Positions 40,981-51,178 of a stretch of DNA of 60,452 nt are shown one piece after another; position 1 is the first letter of the stretch; every line of letters starts with the position of its first letter. The stretch is taken from assembly GCA_007126655.1 (NCBI GenBank), contig SLAV01000084.1, forward strand, positions 1-60,452, given 5' to 3'. A program made the translations under genes and the position numbers. The DNA is from Haloferula sp. GTDB taxonomy: Bacteria > Verrucomicrobiota > Verrucomicrobiia > Verrucomicrobiales > Akkermansiaceae. Under the pieces are notes generated by a model that was given only the letters and a program-made list of their open reading frames with translations, ran no database searches and had not been told where the DNA came from.

Positions 40981-41907
40981 TCAAAACAGTGAGGCCATAA
41001 CCGGAACGCTGGTGTTGCCGAGAAGGAGGAAGGCGTTGTCGTTGTTGCGCCAAGTGGCGGCGGCCCAGTCGTCATACTGGGCGAAGATGGCCTCGCGGCG
41101 GCGGGGCAGTTCGCAGCGAATGTCGTCAGCGCGGAAGATGACGAGGTGGACCATGCCGTCTTCACCATATTCGTAGCAGACGACCGCTCCACGGCGGCCG
41201 TCGATGATGATTTCGCGGCAACCGAGGCCGTCGATTTCCCGGAGTGCGGGCGGGATGCAACTGGGGCAGGGGAGTCCTCTTTCCTCGAGATGACGGATAA
41301 TTTCGCGGTGCGAGGCGCGACCGGTATCGAGCGTGAATTCCTCGTGATCCCCCAGGATGTCGAGGAATCCCGCGCGAACGAGAGAAACAGGCATCGGGTC
41401 ATGGCCTGCGTCCTCAATGGTGTGGGACTCTGCGGGTGTGCTGTTGGCGTTGTTTTGCCAGACATCACGCGGCATGGCGAATGCGACCGCAACGGCAGCT
41501 GCGGCGGCGGTGGGGATGGCGTATTTCTTCCACGTGGTGGCTGCCCGGCCTGGACCGGGTTCGCTGGCACGCATCACGGCGAGGATCTTTTTGCGCAGGC
41601 CAGCGGGCGGGTTGATACTGGAGAGGGCGAGAGACCACGTCTCGTCCTCCGGAGATTCGGCGGGCGGCATGTCCCCGCGCTGCCAGGCGAGGGTATCGAG
41701 GATTTCGTTACGCAGGTTTTCGGGGATTTCGATCCTACGGAGGGCCTCCGAGAAAGCGGCGTCGGTCGCGCGCTCGCGGGCGAGCCAGCCAGCCAGTTCG
41801 TGGTCCTCGGCGGCGAGCTGAAGCGCGCTTTCCAGATCCGGGTCGCGCGCTTCGTCGGCGCACGGGTGCAGACTGCTGAGGATGAATTTGGCGTGTTCTT
41901 TATCCAT
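40981..41907 (-). CDS. Putative anti-sigma factor (DUF3379-like)
   Basis: Overlaps the ECF sigma stop; N-terminal helical domain, one TM, periplasmic domain with Cys residues. Confidence 0.7.
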   Translation of the reverse strand: MDKEHAKFILSSLHPCADEARDPDLESALQLAAEDHELAGWLARERATDAAFSEALRRIEIPENLRNEILDTLAWQRGDMPPAESPEDETWSLALSSINPPAGLRKKILAVMRASEPGPGRAATTWKKYAIPTAAAAAVAVAFAMPRDVWQNNANSTPAESHTIEDAGHDPMPVSLVRAGFLDILGDHEEFTLDTGRASHREIIRHLEERGLPCPSCIPPALREIDGLGCREIIIDGRRGAVVCYEYGEDGMVHLVIFRADDIRCELPRRREAIFAQYDDWAAATWRNNDNAFLLLGNTSVPVMASLF

Positions 41908-42454
41908 GATGGTTTTTCCGGAGTTTTCCGGGTTCGAGTCGGAGGATGTTCCGTGGGGCGGCGGAGGGCGCGCGGACGATCCTGCGGCGCAGGATCTCCT
42001 TGCCGCGCGAGATGCGCGACATCACGGTGCCGATGGGGATTTCGAGGATCTCGGCGATGTCCTTGTAGCTGTGTTGTTTCAGGTAGAAGAGTGTGAGTGG
42101 CGCGCGAAACATTTCGTCGAGGCGGCCGAGTTGTTCGAGGGCGTGCTGGCCATCGAGCCGGCGGTCGCCGGTTTCCTCGTCGGCCTGCGTGTTTTCAATG
42201 GCGGCTTCGGCCGCGTCCTGGTCGCTGGTGAAACGCGAGGCACGGCGGCGGTGTGCGAGGAATTCACGGTGCAGGGTGGTGAAGAGCCAGGATTTTGCTT
42301 TGGACGGATCGCGGAGCTGCCCGCCCTTCGATGCCCAGATGCAGAATGTTTCCTGGACGAGGTCCGCTGCACGGTCCGGATTCCGGGTGAGCGACAGCGC
42401 GAAGCGGTAGAGGGCTTCGTAGTGGTCGTCCACCAGCTTTTGGAAATCAATCAT
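41900..42454 (-). CDS. ECF RNA polymerase sigma factor
   Basis: ADLVQETF, KSWLFT, SYKDIAEILEIPIGTVMSRISRG. Confidence 0.95.
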   Translation of the reverse strand: MIDFQKLVDDHYEALYRFALSLTRNPDRAADLVQETFCIWASKGGQLRDPSKAKSWLFTTLHREFLAHRRRASRFTSDQDAAEAAIENTQADEETGDRRLDGQHALEQLGRLDEMFRAPLTLFYLKQHSYKDIAEILEIPIGTVMSRISRGKEILRRRIVRAPSAAPRNILRLEPGKLRKNHHG

Positions 42455-42485
42455 CCGTGGTCATGCGAGTTCCAGATCGGCCGGG

Positions 42486-44276
42486 TTATTCCCGGAAACC
42501 GGAGGATTCGCGGTTGCGGTGCCATTTGCGGATGGCGCGTTCGAGTTCGCGTTCAGTCGCAGGGTCGCGGCGTTCGCGCGAGTAACGGACGCGATAATGG
42601 TATCCGGTGAGGCGTTCGGCGAACGGCGGGCGCTCCGGCCCGTCCAGACGGCGGATTTGTTCCCGCAGGGTTTCGCCGGGGTGATGCGGCGGGCAGGCGG
42701 CGAGCCATGCGTCGAGATAGCCTTCAGCAGCGTTGCCCCGACTACCGGATGATGCCGCCCGGTAGGCTGAATGTGTGCTGTGACCACGAACGCGGATTCT
42801 GAGCACGGCGAGGACTGGCAGGCCGAGGATGCCGAGCAGCCATGCGGCGGCGTGATCAATGCGGCTGGTGTCGATGGCTTCCGCATCATAGACGAATTCC
42901 TCCTCGGGGTCGGGCGGAGTTTCGTCAGCCGGGGCGACGCGTGCGCGGGTGCCGTCGATGCCGGACGGAGGGGTGGCGTCCATGACGACCCACCCGTATT
43001 CGGGCAGGTGAATCTCCGTCCAGGCGTGGGCCTCGCGCGAGCGGAAGACCATCAGGCTGGAGGACTGATACCATGAACCGCCGGCCCATCCGTAGGCGAT
43101 GCGGGATGGCAGGCCCAGTGCACGCGTCATGAAGGTGGCGGTGATGGCGAAGTGTTCGCAATGGCCCGCGCGTTCGGCGAAGAGAAAGTTCTCGAGCGGG
43201 TCGAGATCGCCGGGATTGAAGGTTTGTAGCGAGTAATCGTATGCATTGCGGAGCCATTCCTCCAAGCGGGCGAGCGAACCGGCGGTCGGGATTTCTCCGG
43301 CGATTTCCCGGGCCTGAGTGGCGAGGTGGGTGGAGACGCGTTCGTTTTCCGGGAGATCGAGCAAGCGGGAGGGGGTGCCGTCACGCACGGGAAATACAGT
43401 ATCCGGCGGCAGATCGGACAAGGTCAGCGGGCGGGACCTCGCGCGGTAGCGGTATCCGATTCCGGTTCCGGACGGGTCGGGGAGAATGGTGAATCCGTCA
43501 GCGGCCGGATCGAGGGATGTGAGTTCCACCGATTCGACACCCTGCAGCGCGGTGAGGAGGTTTTGCCCCGCCGCACTGGCGCCGTGGAACACCTCGTGGG
43601 AAACCAATGGGAAGCGGGTGCGTGAGTCGGGTGTGGTGAAACTTGTGGTTTTTTCCCTGATCACGGGCGGAGGCTCTGGCGAGGCATTCGGAACGGTCCA
43701 CCTGCCCCGCTCGTATTTTGAGAGTGCGAACGCGCTGAGATAGGCCTGGCTTTCCAGCACAACGGCGGCATCCTCCGGGGTATCGAAGCGGAGGAAAACC
43801 TCTGGACGGTTGCCCGGGCGGAGATTGGTTTGCCGGGGGAGCGCGCGCGACCGGCGGTCGCTCCACAGCCAGTTTCCCTCGCGGGTGGTTTCCGCAGCAG
43901 CGGGCTCCAGTTCCGCACGTTTTTCCGCCACCGCGGGGCGCAGCCACGGTTCGGCGGCCAGTCCGACGCGCTCGACGGCGCGCGGGGCGGCTCCGAGCAG
44001 CCAGAGGAATGCGGCGAGGATAACGAGCCGGACGCCCGCCGTGGCGGCTTGATCGATCCGGTTGCGCGTTCGGCGGCAGGCGGCTACCGGGCCAGGCATG
44101 ATACGGCCGCCCGCAGTGAACGCAAGGATGCCGAGCACGAGCACGGCCAGTGCCATAAACCCGCGCGCGGCGAGCGGCAGCGCGTCGAGAGGTCCGGCCG
44201 GCAGGGCGTTGCTCATGAGAGTGTATGCGGCGACGAGCGCGGAGGCCAGGCAGAGGATTTTAATGAGAAAGAACAT
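42486..44276 (-). CDS. Membrane transglutaminase-like protein (TgpA-type)
   Basis: GHCEHFA, HAWTE, DATP catalytic triad motifs; N-terminal TMs. Confidence 0.88.
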   Translation of the reverse strand: MFFLIKILCLASALVAAYTLMSNALPAGPLDALPLAARGFMALAVLVLGILAFTAGGRIMPGPVAACRRTRNRIDQAATAGVRLVILAAFLWLLGAAPRAVERVGLAAEPWLRPAVAEKRAELEPAAAETTREGNWLWSDRRSRALPRQTNLRPGNRPEVFLRFDTPEDAAVVLESQAYLSAFALSKYERGRWTVPNASPEPPPVIREKTTSFTTPDSRTRFPLVSHEVFHGASAAGQNLLTALQGVESVELTSLDPAADGFTILPDPSGTGIGYRYRARSRPLTLSDLPPDTVFPVRDGTPSRLLDLPENERVSTHLATQAREIAGEIPTAGSLARLEEWLRNAYDYSLQTFNPGDLDPLENFLFAERAGHCEHFAITATFMTRALGLPSRIAYGWAGGSWYQSSSLMVFRSREAHAWTEIHLPEYGWVVMDATPPSGIDGTRARVAPADETPPDPEEEFVYDAEAIDTSRIDHAAAWLLGILGLPVLAVLRIRVRGHSTHSAYRAASSGSRGNAAEGYLDAWLAACPPHHPGETLREQIRRLDGPERPPFAERLTGYHYRVRYSRERRDPATERELERAIRKWHRNRESSGFRE

Positions 44277-44287
44277 TGGCAGTGGAA

Positions 44288-45394
44288 TTAGAATTTTGTG
44301 ATCACCGGCGGGCGGACGGCGTGTGGAAGATGAGCGATCCAGTATTCCGGCGGCATGTCGGAAAGCAGGATCACGGTTTCCTCATCAGTGGCGATGCGGG
44401 TGAGTGCCTGGTGGAGTTCGTGGGCCTCCGTGGACGCGCATCGGCTGGCGCGTGCAAGTTGCTCGCGGCATCGGATGATGCCGGCGCGGGTGTGTGCGGG
44501 GCGTACCTCCCAGGCGTCGAAGTCCGCGGTGAGCCGGGCGTGGATGCCGAGTGCGTGGAGGCGTTCGAGCCAGCCACTGGTGAGTTCAAGCGTGCGCTCG
44601 AAGCGATCCGGCCGGATCAATGCGCCGCCACCGGCGTGGGAGTGGACGACCAGCAGGCAGTGGCGGGGGAGAAATCCGGGTGGATCGTTCTCGCGCACTA
44701 CGGGCTCGGCGCCACGGGCGATGGAGCGCATGGTGGCAGGCCATGCAATGCGGCGAGGATTGTCGCCAGCGCGCCATACCCGCAGCCCGCGCAGGTCACC
44801 GTCGAGACCGCCGGGTGTGGCGCCGACGAGCGGGGTGGCGTCCATCCGCACGCCATGGCCTGGTGAATCGCGCGGCACGCGTGGCCTCGGCAGCACGATC
44901 ATGGGGTGCTCGCGCGTGGCCGACGCGTGGAAGGAAAACAGGCCCAGTGGAAACGCAGAGTGAAGCTTGAGACCGATCCCTCCACCGTCCGTCCGCATGG
45001 TGGGGGTGGCGCGACCGTCGAAATCCACGGCGGACCCGGCGGCGATCCATGGCGTGTGGAAACGGGTGACGGCTCCACCCGGCAAGGTGACGGAGCAAGA
45101 GATACGCACTGCATCGAGCAACCGGCGGGTGTTGGTCAGGGTGATGCGCAGTGGGTATGCGAGGCCGGAGGTGGCGCGGTGAGGTGCCTCGATATTGACG
45201 GCGAGCCGGCGCAGGTTTGCCGTGCCCAGAAGCCGCCCGAGCACGAGCAGGGCGATTCCGGCGACGCCGAGCGCGCCGAGCACGCCGTCGATCCGCCAGA
45301 TCCCCGCGAGGATCATCGCGGGCGATAGGATGGCCAACCATCGCGCCCGCGCCGTGGCGCGGCATTCGATCCGGGCAGGCATCAAGATTCGCAT
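44288..45394 (-). CDS. DUF58 domain protein
   Basis: FPLGLF, LRGLRVWRAGDNPRRIAWPAT; start approximate. Confidence 0.85.
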   Translation of the reverse strand: MRILMPARIECRATARARWLAILSPAMILAGIWRIDGVLGALGVAGIALLVLGRLLGTANLRRLAVNIEAPHRATSGLAYPLRITLTNTRRLLDAVRISCSVTLPGGAVTRFHTPWIAAGSAVDFDGRATPTMRTDGGGIGLKLHSAFPLGLFSFHASATREHPMIVLPRPRVPRDSPGHGVRMDATPLVGATPGGLDGDLRGLRVWRAGDNPRRIAWPATMRSIARGAEPVVRENDPPGFLPRHCLLVVHSHAGGGALIRPDRFERTLELTSGWLERLHALGIHARLTADFDAWEVRPAHTRAGIIRCREQLARASRCASTEAHELHQALTRIATDEETVILLSDMPPEYWIAHLPHAVRPPVITKF

Positions 45395-45425
45395 TACACA
45401 ATGATGACACCGATGGTGCGCCGTG

Positions 45426-45812
45426 TCATGCCTCCGATTCGTGCCAATTGACTTCGACCGCGTCGGCCCAAAGCGATTCAAGCCCGTAAAAATCCCGTGT
45501 TTTGGCGTGCATCACGTGGACCATGACGTCGATGAAATCCAGCACCACCCAGCGCGCCTCCGGGTTTCCCTCCTTGTTGACCGGGCGGGTGCCATGTTCA
45601 TCGCGGATGTGGCGCGAGATTTCTCGCAGGACGGCCCGGAGGTGGGGCATGGACGATGCGGAGCACACGATCATGTAATCGGTGATGCTGGAGATCCGGC
45701 TGATGTCCCAGACGCGAATGTCCTCGGCTTGGATCTCTTCGGCGGCCCTGGCACATGCGAGCGCGAGCGCCCTGCCGACGATTTCATGCTTGGATTTGAT
45801 GTCGATTTCCAT
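45426..45812 (-). CDS. rsfS: Ribosome silencing factor
   Basis: DYMIVCSA, WVVLDFIDVMVHVM, FYGLESLW. Confidence 0.95.
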   Translation of the reverse strand: MEIDIKSKHEIVGRALALACARAAEEIQAEDIRVWDISRISSITDYMIVCSASSMPHLRAVLREISRHIRDEHGTRPVNKEGNPEARWVVLDFIDVMVHVMHAKTRDFYGLESLWADAVEVNWHESEA

Positions 45813-45903
45813 TCGGGATCGGCATTCTGGCATTTTGCAGGCTTGGCGGCAATCCCGGAAAAGATCAGGAAAAGCGGCGGAAACCAAAACGCAAAACAGG
45901 CGC

Positions 45904-45990
45904 AAAAAAAAGAGGCGACCCGATAGCACATCCCCGGGAAAAACCCAAAAACCCTAAGGGACGTTCAGTCGGGTCGCCTTGTCTTGCGAC
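45904..45990 (-). ncRNA. Candidate small structured RNA or attenuator upstream of rsfS
   Basis: 11-bp stem aggcgacccga (45913-45923) / tcgggtcgcct (45969-45979) enclosing an inner stem and G/U-rich loop, followed by U8 on minus strand. Confidence 0.4.
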
Positions 45991-46185
45991 GCCGGGAAAC
46001 AACACCGCAAATGCGGGGTTGGCAAGGGGTATTTTGAAAAATTCACGATTTTTTTCTTCATCGTGTCCATTCTGCGGATATCCGCGCGGATTCTCCTTTT
46101 TTCTGTGGATGGGCGGCGAATGCGCGTTAAGTTCGGCGGTCCCGGAAAAGGATCCGGGTCGTCAATTCATCCATTCGCATCATCC

Positions 46186-46938
46186 ATGAATCTCACACTG
46201 AAAGTATGGCGTCAGTCCGGGCCAAATGCCCGGGGAAGCATTGAAACCCATGAAGCCCGCGATATCCCCGAAGAGGCGTCATTTCTCGAAATGCTGGACA
46301 TCGTCAACGAGCGAATCGTCGAGGAGGGCGGAGAGCCGATTCATTTCGATCATGACTGCCGCGAGGGCATCTGCGGCGTTTGCTCGTTGACGATCAATGG
46401 AGTGCCTCACGGGAAGGATCGCGGAGTGACGACGTGCCAGGTCCACATGCGCAAGTTCAAGGACGGCGACACAATCTGGATTGAGCCGTTCCGGGCGAAT
46501 CCGTTCCCGGTGATCCGCGACCTGATTGTGGACCGCGGTGCATTCGACCGGATCGTGGCCGCGGGCGGATACGTGGACGTGCGCACCGGCGCGGCTGTGG
46601 ACGCCAACGCGATCCCGATTCCGAAGGATGACGCGGAAAACTCGTTTGACGCGGCCGCCTGCATTGGATGCGGCGCGTGCGTGGCATCCTGCAAAAATGC
46701 CTCGGCCATGCTTTTCGTGGCTGCGAAGGTCTCGCACCTCGGTCACCTGCCGCAGGGGCAGCCGGAGCGCAACAAGCGTGTGCTGGCGATGGTGCGGCAG
46801 ATGGACGACGAGGGATTCGGCAACTGCACCAACCAATACGAGTGCGAGGCCGCCTGCCCGAAGGAAATCAGCGTGGATCACATCGCAAGGATGAACCGCG
46901 ACTACGCGAAGGCCGTGGTTGCCGAGCAATTCTCATGA
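46186..46938 (+). CDS. sdhB: Succinate dehydrogenase/fumarate reductase Fe-S subunit
   Basis: [31 protein letters not shown]. Confidence 0.95.
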   Translation: MNLTLKVWRQSGPNARGSIETHEARDIPEEASFLEMLDIVNERIVEEGGEPIHFDHDCREGICGVCSLTINGVPHGKDRGVTTCQVHMRKFKDGDTIWIEPFRANPFPVIRDLIVDRGAFDRIVAAGGYVDVRTGAAVDANAIPIPKDDAENSFDAAACIGCGACVASCKNASAMLFVAAKVSHLGHLPQGQPERNKRVLAMVRQMDDEGFGNCTNQYECEAACPKEISVDHIARMNRDYAKAVVAEQFS

Positions 46939-46959
46939 ACCCGAAACCCGCGAATTCCG

Positions 46960-47547
46960 ATGAAAACCACCCCGATGATTTTTGCGTCCGCCCTTCTGTG
47001 GTGCGGCGTGGTTTCCTGCGGAGCGGGTGAAAACGAAGCACCTGTCATGGAAGTCCTGTCCGAAGCCCCCGAGGAACCCGCCGGAAAAGTCGAACTCACC
47101 GACGAGGAATGGCGCGAACGCCTGACGCCCGAGCAATACCGGATCCTCAGGCAGGCCGGCACCGAGCGTCCGAACGGGCAGGTTTACCGCGAATTCAAGG
47201 CCCAGGGCGAGGGATCCTACCACTGCGCCGGCTGCAACGCGCTGCTCTTCACCTCGGACCAGAAGTTCGACTCCGGCTGCGGCTGGCCGTCGTTCTACGA
47301 TCCTGCGGATGCGGAAAACGTGGTGCGGAAAATCGACCTCTCGCTCGGCATGAGGCGCATCGAGGTGGTGTGCGCGGTGTGCGACGGACACCTCGGCCAC
47401 GTGTTCGAGGGCGAGGGATTCGACACGCCGACCGACAAACGCTATTGCATCAATGGCGTGGGGTTGCGCTTTGTCCCCGCGGGTGAGGGCGAGGATAATG
47501 CGGCCGAAGAGGAGGCAACGGAGGCCGAAGATTCCGAGCGGGAATAA
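46960..47547 (+). CDS. msrB: Peptide-methionine (R)-S-oxide reductase with export/lipoprotein signal
   Basis: GTE, CAGC, GCGWPSF, CAVC, GHLGHVF, RYCIN; N-terminal VVSC lipobox-like motif. Confidence 0.95.
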   Translation: MKTTPMIFASALLWCGVVSCGAGENEAPVMEVLSEAPEEPAGKVELTDEEWRERLTPEQYRILRQAGTERPNGQVYREFKAQGEGSYHCAGCNALLFTSDQKFDSGCGWPSFYDPADAENVVRKIDLSLGMRRIEVVCAVCDGHLGHVFEGEGFDTPTDKRYCINGVGLRFVPAGEGEDNAAEEEATEAEDSERE

Positions 47548-47678
47548 AAAAACAACCGCGGCTGGATTTGGCTTGTGCCCTGGGATGTGGGGCGGCGTGA
47601 CACGTCTGACGCGCGGTAGCGGTTTTGCTTTCCTTCGGGCGGGGGATCGGACAGTCTCCGCGCCCCCGAATCACGATC

Positions 47679-50207
47679 ATGTCCGAGACCCGCAAGCCAT
47701 TTCCGTTCCACGAGTTCGAGCCCGCCTGGCAGGCGCGCTGGGATGCCGAGAAGACATTCCGCACGCCCGGGCCGGGCGACGAGGGATTTGATCCGGCCAA
47801 GCCGAAATACTACGTGCTCGACATGTTTCCGTATCCGAGCGGAGCGGGCCTGCACGTGGGGCATCCGGAAGGCTACACGGCGACGGACATCATCGGGCGC
47901 TACAAGCGCATGAACGGCTTCAACGTGCTGCACCCGATGGGCTACGACTCGTTCGGGCTGCCGGCGGAGCAATATGCGATCAAGACCGGGCAGCACCCGG
48001 CGGTTACCACGGCGGAGAACATTGAGACGTTCCGCCGCCAGCTTAAGGCCCTGGGTTTCGGTTACGATTGGGACCGGGAGATCGCAACGACCGATCCGGG
48101 CTACGTGCGCTGGACGCAGTGGATTTTCCTGCAGATTTACCAATCGTATTTCTGCGGGGAAACGAACCGGGCGCGCCCGGTTTCGGAGTTGGAGGCAAAA
48201 GGCTGGACGCGCGAGGAAATCGACAACGTCCGTCTCGCATACGTCGCAGACACCCCGGTGTGGTGGTCACCCGACCTCGGTACCGTGCTCGCCAACGAGG
48301 AAGTCGAGGAGTGGAAGGCGAAGGGGCACACGGTCGAGCGGCGTCCGCTGCGCCAGTGGATGCTGCGCATCACGAAATACGCCCAGCGCCTGATCGACGA
48401 ACTCGACGGGCTGGATTGGCCGGAGGGCATCAAGCTGCTGCAGAAGAACTGGATCGGGCGCTCGGAGGGCGCGACCGTCCGATTTCAAATTTCAAATTTC
48501 GAATCTCAAATCGAAGTTTTCACCACCCGGCCCGACACGTTGTTCGGGGCGACCTACATGGTGCTCGCGCCGGAGCATCCGCTGGTCGAGCGGATCACCA
48601 CGGAGGACCGGATGGCGGAGGTGGAGGCCTACCGGAAAACCTGCGCCACCAAGTCCGACCTGGATCGTGGCGACCTGAACAAGGACAAGACCGGCGTTTT
48701 CATTGGCGCGCATGCGGTGAATCCGGTGAATGGTGCGGAAATCCCCATCTGGATCGCGGATTACGTGATGATGGGCTACGGCACCGGCGCGATCATGGCG
48801 GTGCCGGCGCATGACGAGAGGGATTTCGAGTTCGCAACGAAGTTCGAGCTGCCGATTGTGCAGGTGGTGCAGCCTGGAGAAGATGTCGATTGGCGGGGTT
48901 TCACCGATTATGGCACCGCAGTGAACTCCGATTTCCTCGACGGCCTGCCCACTTCCGAAGCCAAGGCGAAGATGATCGGATGGCTGGAGGCGAACGGGAA
49001 GGGGAAGGGGAGGATCCAATACAAGCTGCGCGACTGGTTGTTCTCGCGGCAGCGCTACTGGGGCGAGCCGTTTCCGATCGTTTGGAAGGACGGCCGCCAC
49101 GAGGCGATTCCGGAGGGCGAGCTGCCGCTGCTCGCGCCGCCGCTCGAGGATTACAAGCCGAGCGGTTCGCCCGAGCCGATCCTCAGCAAGGCGAAGGACT
49201 GGGTGGAACTGCCGGATGGATCGCTGCGGGAGACCAACACGATGCCGCAATGGGCCGGGTCGTGCTGGTATTACCTGCGATATTGCGATCCTATGAACGA
49301 GGAGCGGTTTGTCTCAAAAGAGGCGGAGAAATACTGGCAGAACGTGAACCTCTATGTCGGCGGCACCGAGCACGCGGTGCTGCACCTCCTTTACGCGCGG
49401 TTCTGGCACAAGGTGTTGTTCGACCTCGGCCACGTATCGACGCGCGAGCCGTTCCAAAAGCTCGTCAACCAGGGGCTGATCCTCGGGGAGGACGGCCAGA
49501 AGATGTCGAAGTCGCGCGGCAACGTGGTGAACCCGGATGACGTGATCCGCGAATACGGCGCGGACGCGCTGCGGCTTTACGAGATGTTCATGGGGCCGCT
49601 GGAACAGGTGAAACCCTGGCAGATGAAAGGCGTGGAGGGCGTCTCCCGGTTTCTCGCGCGCGTCTGGCGCGTCGCCCTCGACGAGGGGGCGGACGGCTCA
49701 TACGCCATTTCGCCGAAGCTGCGGGACGAGCCGTGCGCGGACGCGGAGCTGCGCCGCGTGGTGCATGAAACGATCAAAAAGGTGGGCGAGGACATCGAAA
49801 AGCTGAGCTTCAACACCGCGATCTCGCAGATGATGATCTGCACCAACGCGTTCACGCAGGCGCAAGTGGTGCCTCGCGGTGAGTTCGTCGATTTCCTTAA
49901 GCTGCTCAACCCGTTCGCGCCGCACCTGACGGAGGAAATCCACGCCCGCGTCGGAGGTGAGGGCATGCTCTCGGAAATGGCGTGGCCGGACTACGATCCG
50001 GCGGCGCTGGTGCGCAACGAGATCGAATTCATCATCCAGGTGAACGGCAAGCTGCGCGAGCGCTTGAAGCTGGGCAGGGACTCCGGCGAGGAGGAGGTGA
50101 AGGCGGCCGCGCTGGCGAGTGCGAAGGTCGCGGAATTCATCGAGGGCAAAACCATCCGCAAGATCGTCTTTGTGCCGGGGAAACTGATGAACCTGGTGGC
50201 CAACTGA
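47679..50207 (+). CDS. leuS: Leucine--tRNA ligase
   Basis: MFPYPSG, HVGH, FTTRPDT, KMSKS. Confidence 0.99.
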   Translation: MSETRKPFPFHEFEPAWQARWDAEKTFRTPGPGDEGFDPAKPKYYVLDMFPYPSGAGLHVGHPEGYTATDIIGRYKRMNGFNVLHPMGYDSFGLPAEQYAIKTGQHPAVTTAENIETFRRQLKALGFGYDWDREIATTDPGYVRWTQWIFLQIYQSYFCGETNRARPVSELEAKGWTREEIDNVRLAYVADTPVWWSPDLGTVLANEEVEEWKAKGHTVERRPLRQWMLRITKYAQRLIDELDGLDWPEGIKLLQKNWIGRSEGATVRFQISNFESQIEVFTTRPDTLFGATYMVLAPEHPLVERITTEDRMAEVEAYRKTCATKSDLDRGDLNKDKTGVFIGAHAVNPVNGAEIPIWIADYVMMGYGTGAIMAVPAHDERDFEFATKFELPIVQVVQPGEDVDWRGFTDYGTAVNSDFLDGLPTSEAKAKMIGWLEANGKGKGRIQYKLRDWLFSRQRYWGEPFPIVWKDGRHEAIPEGELPLLAPPLEDYKPSGSPEPILSKAKDWVELPDGSLRETNTMPQWAGSCWYYLRYCDPMNEERFVSKEAEKYWQNVNLYVGGTEHAVLHLLYARFWHKVLFDLGHVSTREPFQKLVNQGLILGEDGQKMSKSRGNVVNPDDVIREYGADALRLYEMFMGPLEQVKPWQMKGVEGVSRFLARVWRVALDEGADGSYAISPKLRDEPCADAELRRVVHETIKKVGEDIEKLSFNTAISQMMICTNAFTQAQVVPRGEFVDFLKLLNPFAPHLTEEIHARVGGEGMLSEMAWPDYDPAALVRNEIEFIIQVNGKLRERLKLGRDSGEEEVKAAALASAKVAEFIEGKTIRKIVFVPGKLMNLVAN
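48482..48509 (+). repeat. Heptamer tandem repeat inside leuS
   Basis: atttcaa atttcaa atttcga atctcaa, encoding FQISNFESQ. Confidence 0.8.
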
Positions 50208-50220
50208 ATCCATCGCAATC

Positions 50221-51174
50221 ATGGAGGCGCTCGCGGACAATCTGCTATCCCCGGTGGTGCTGTGTTTCGCGCTTGGCATCGCCGCGCGGCTGCTCCGCAG
50301 CGACCTGTCGATCCCGGAGCCGGTCTATCAGGGGCTTTCGATCTACCTGTTGCTGGCGATCGGTCTGAAGGGCGGCTCGGCGCTGGCGGTGGCCAGCCCG
50401 GCGGAGGTCGCGCTGCCCGCTGCGATGACGCTGCTGGCGGGCGTGCTCACGCCGGTCTCCGCGTTCTATATCATGCGCCGGTTCGGGCGGCTTGACGCGA
50501 CGGATTCCGCGGCGGTCGCGGCGCATTACGGATCGGTCTCGGTGGTTACTTTCCTTGCGGCGGGCGAGGCGGTGCGGCGGGCGGGCCACGCGGGCGAGGA
50601 TTTCCTGCCCGCTCTGGTGGCGGTGCTTGAGGTGCCGGGGATCATCGTGGCGCTGCTGTTCGCGGGGTCGCAGGCGTCGGGGAGCTGGAAGCGCGCGCTA
50701 CATGAGGTGGCCACCGGCAAGAGCATTGTGCTGCTGGCGGGCGGATTGCTGATCGGCATGGTGGCGGGGCCGGGACGCCTCGAAGGGGTGCAGCCGTTCT
50801 TCACTTCCGCGTTCCAAGGGGCGCTTTGCCTGTTCATGATTGAGCTGGGTCTGGCCACCGGGCGGCGGCTGCGCGACCTGCGCCACACCGGTGCCCGGCT
50901 GGTGGTGCTGGGCTGCCTGCTGCCGCTGTTCCACGGCGCGCTCGGCGTGGTGATGGGCACGCTGGCCGGGCTATCGACGGGCGGGGCGGCGGTGTTCGGC
51001 GCGATGGTGGGCAGCGCCTCCTACATCGCGGCTCCGGCGGCGGTGCGTGTGGCCTTGCCGAAGGCGAACCCGGCGTGTTATCTCACCCTCGCGCTGGGCG
51101 TGACGTTTCCGTTCAACCTCGCGATCGGGGTGCCCTTGTTCCTCAAGCTTGCCTCACTGCTTCAGAATTCATAA
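50221..51174 (+). CDS. sbtA: Sodium-dependent bicarbonate transporter family permease
   Basis: SIYLLLAIGLKGG, AAHYGSVSVVTF, SASYIAAPAA, LGVTFPFN. Confidence 0.93.
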   Translation: MEALADNLLSPVVLCFALGIAARLLRSDLSIPEPVYQGLSIYLLLAIGLKGGSALAVASPAEVALPAAMTLLAGVLTPVSAFYIMRRFGRLDATDSAAVAAHYGSVSVVTFLAAGEAVRRAGHAGEDFLPALVAVLEVPGIIVALLFAGSQASGSWKRALHEVATGKSIVLLAGGLLIGMVAGPGRLEGVQPFFTSAFQGALCLFMIELGLATGRRLRDLRHTGARLVVLGCLLPLFHGALGVVMGTLAGLSTGGAAVFGAMVGSASYIAAPAAVRVALPKANPACYLTLALGVTFPFNLAIGVPLFLKLASLLQNS

Positions 51175-51178
51175 ACCC

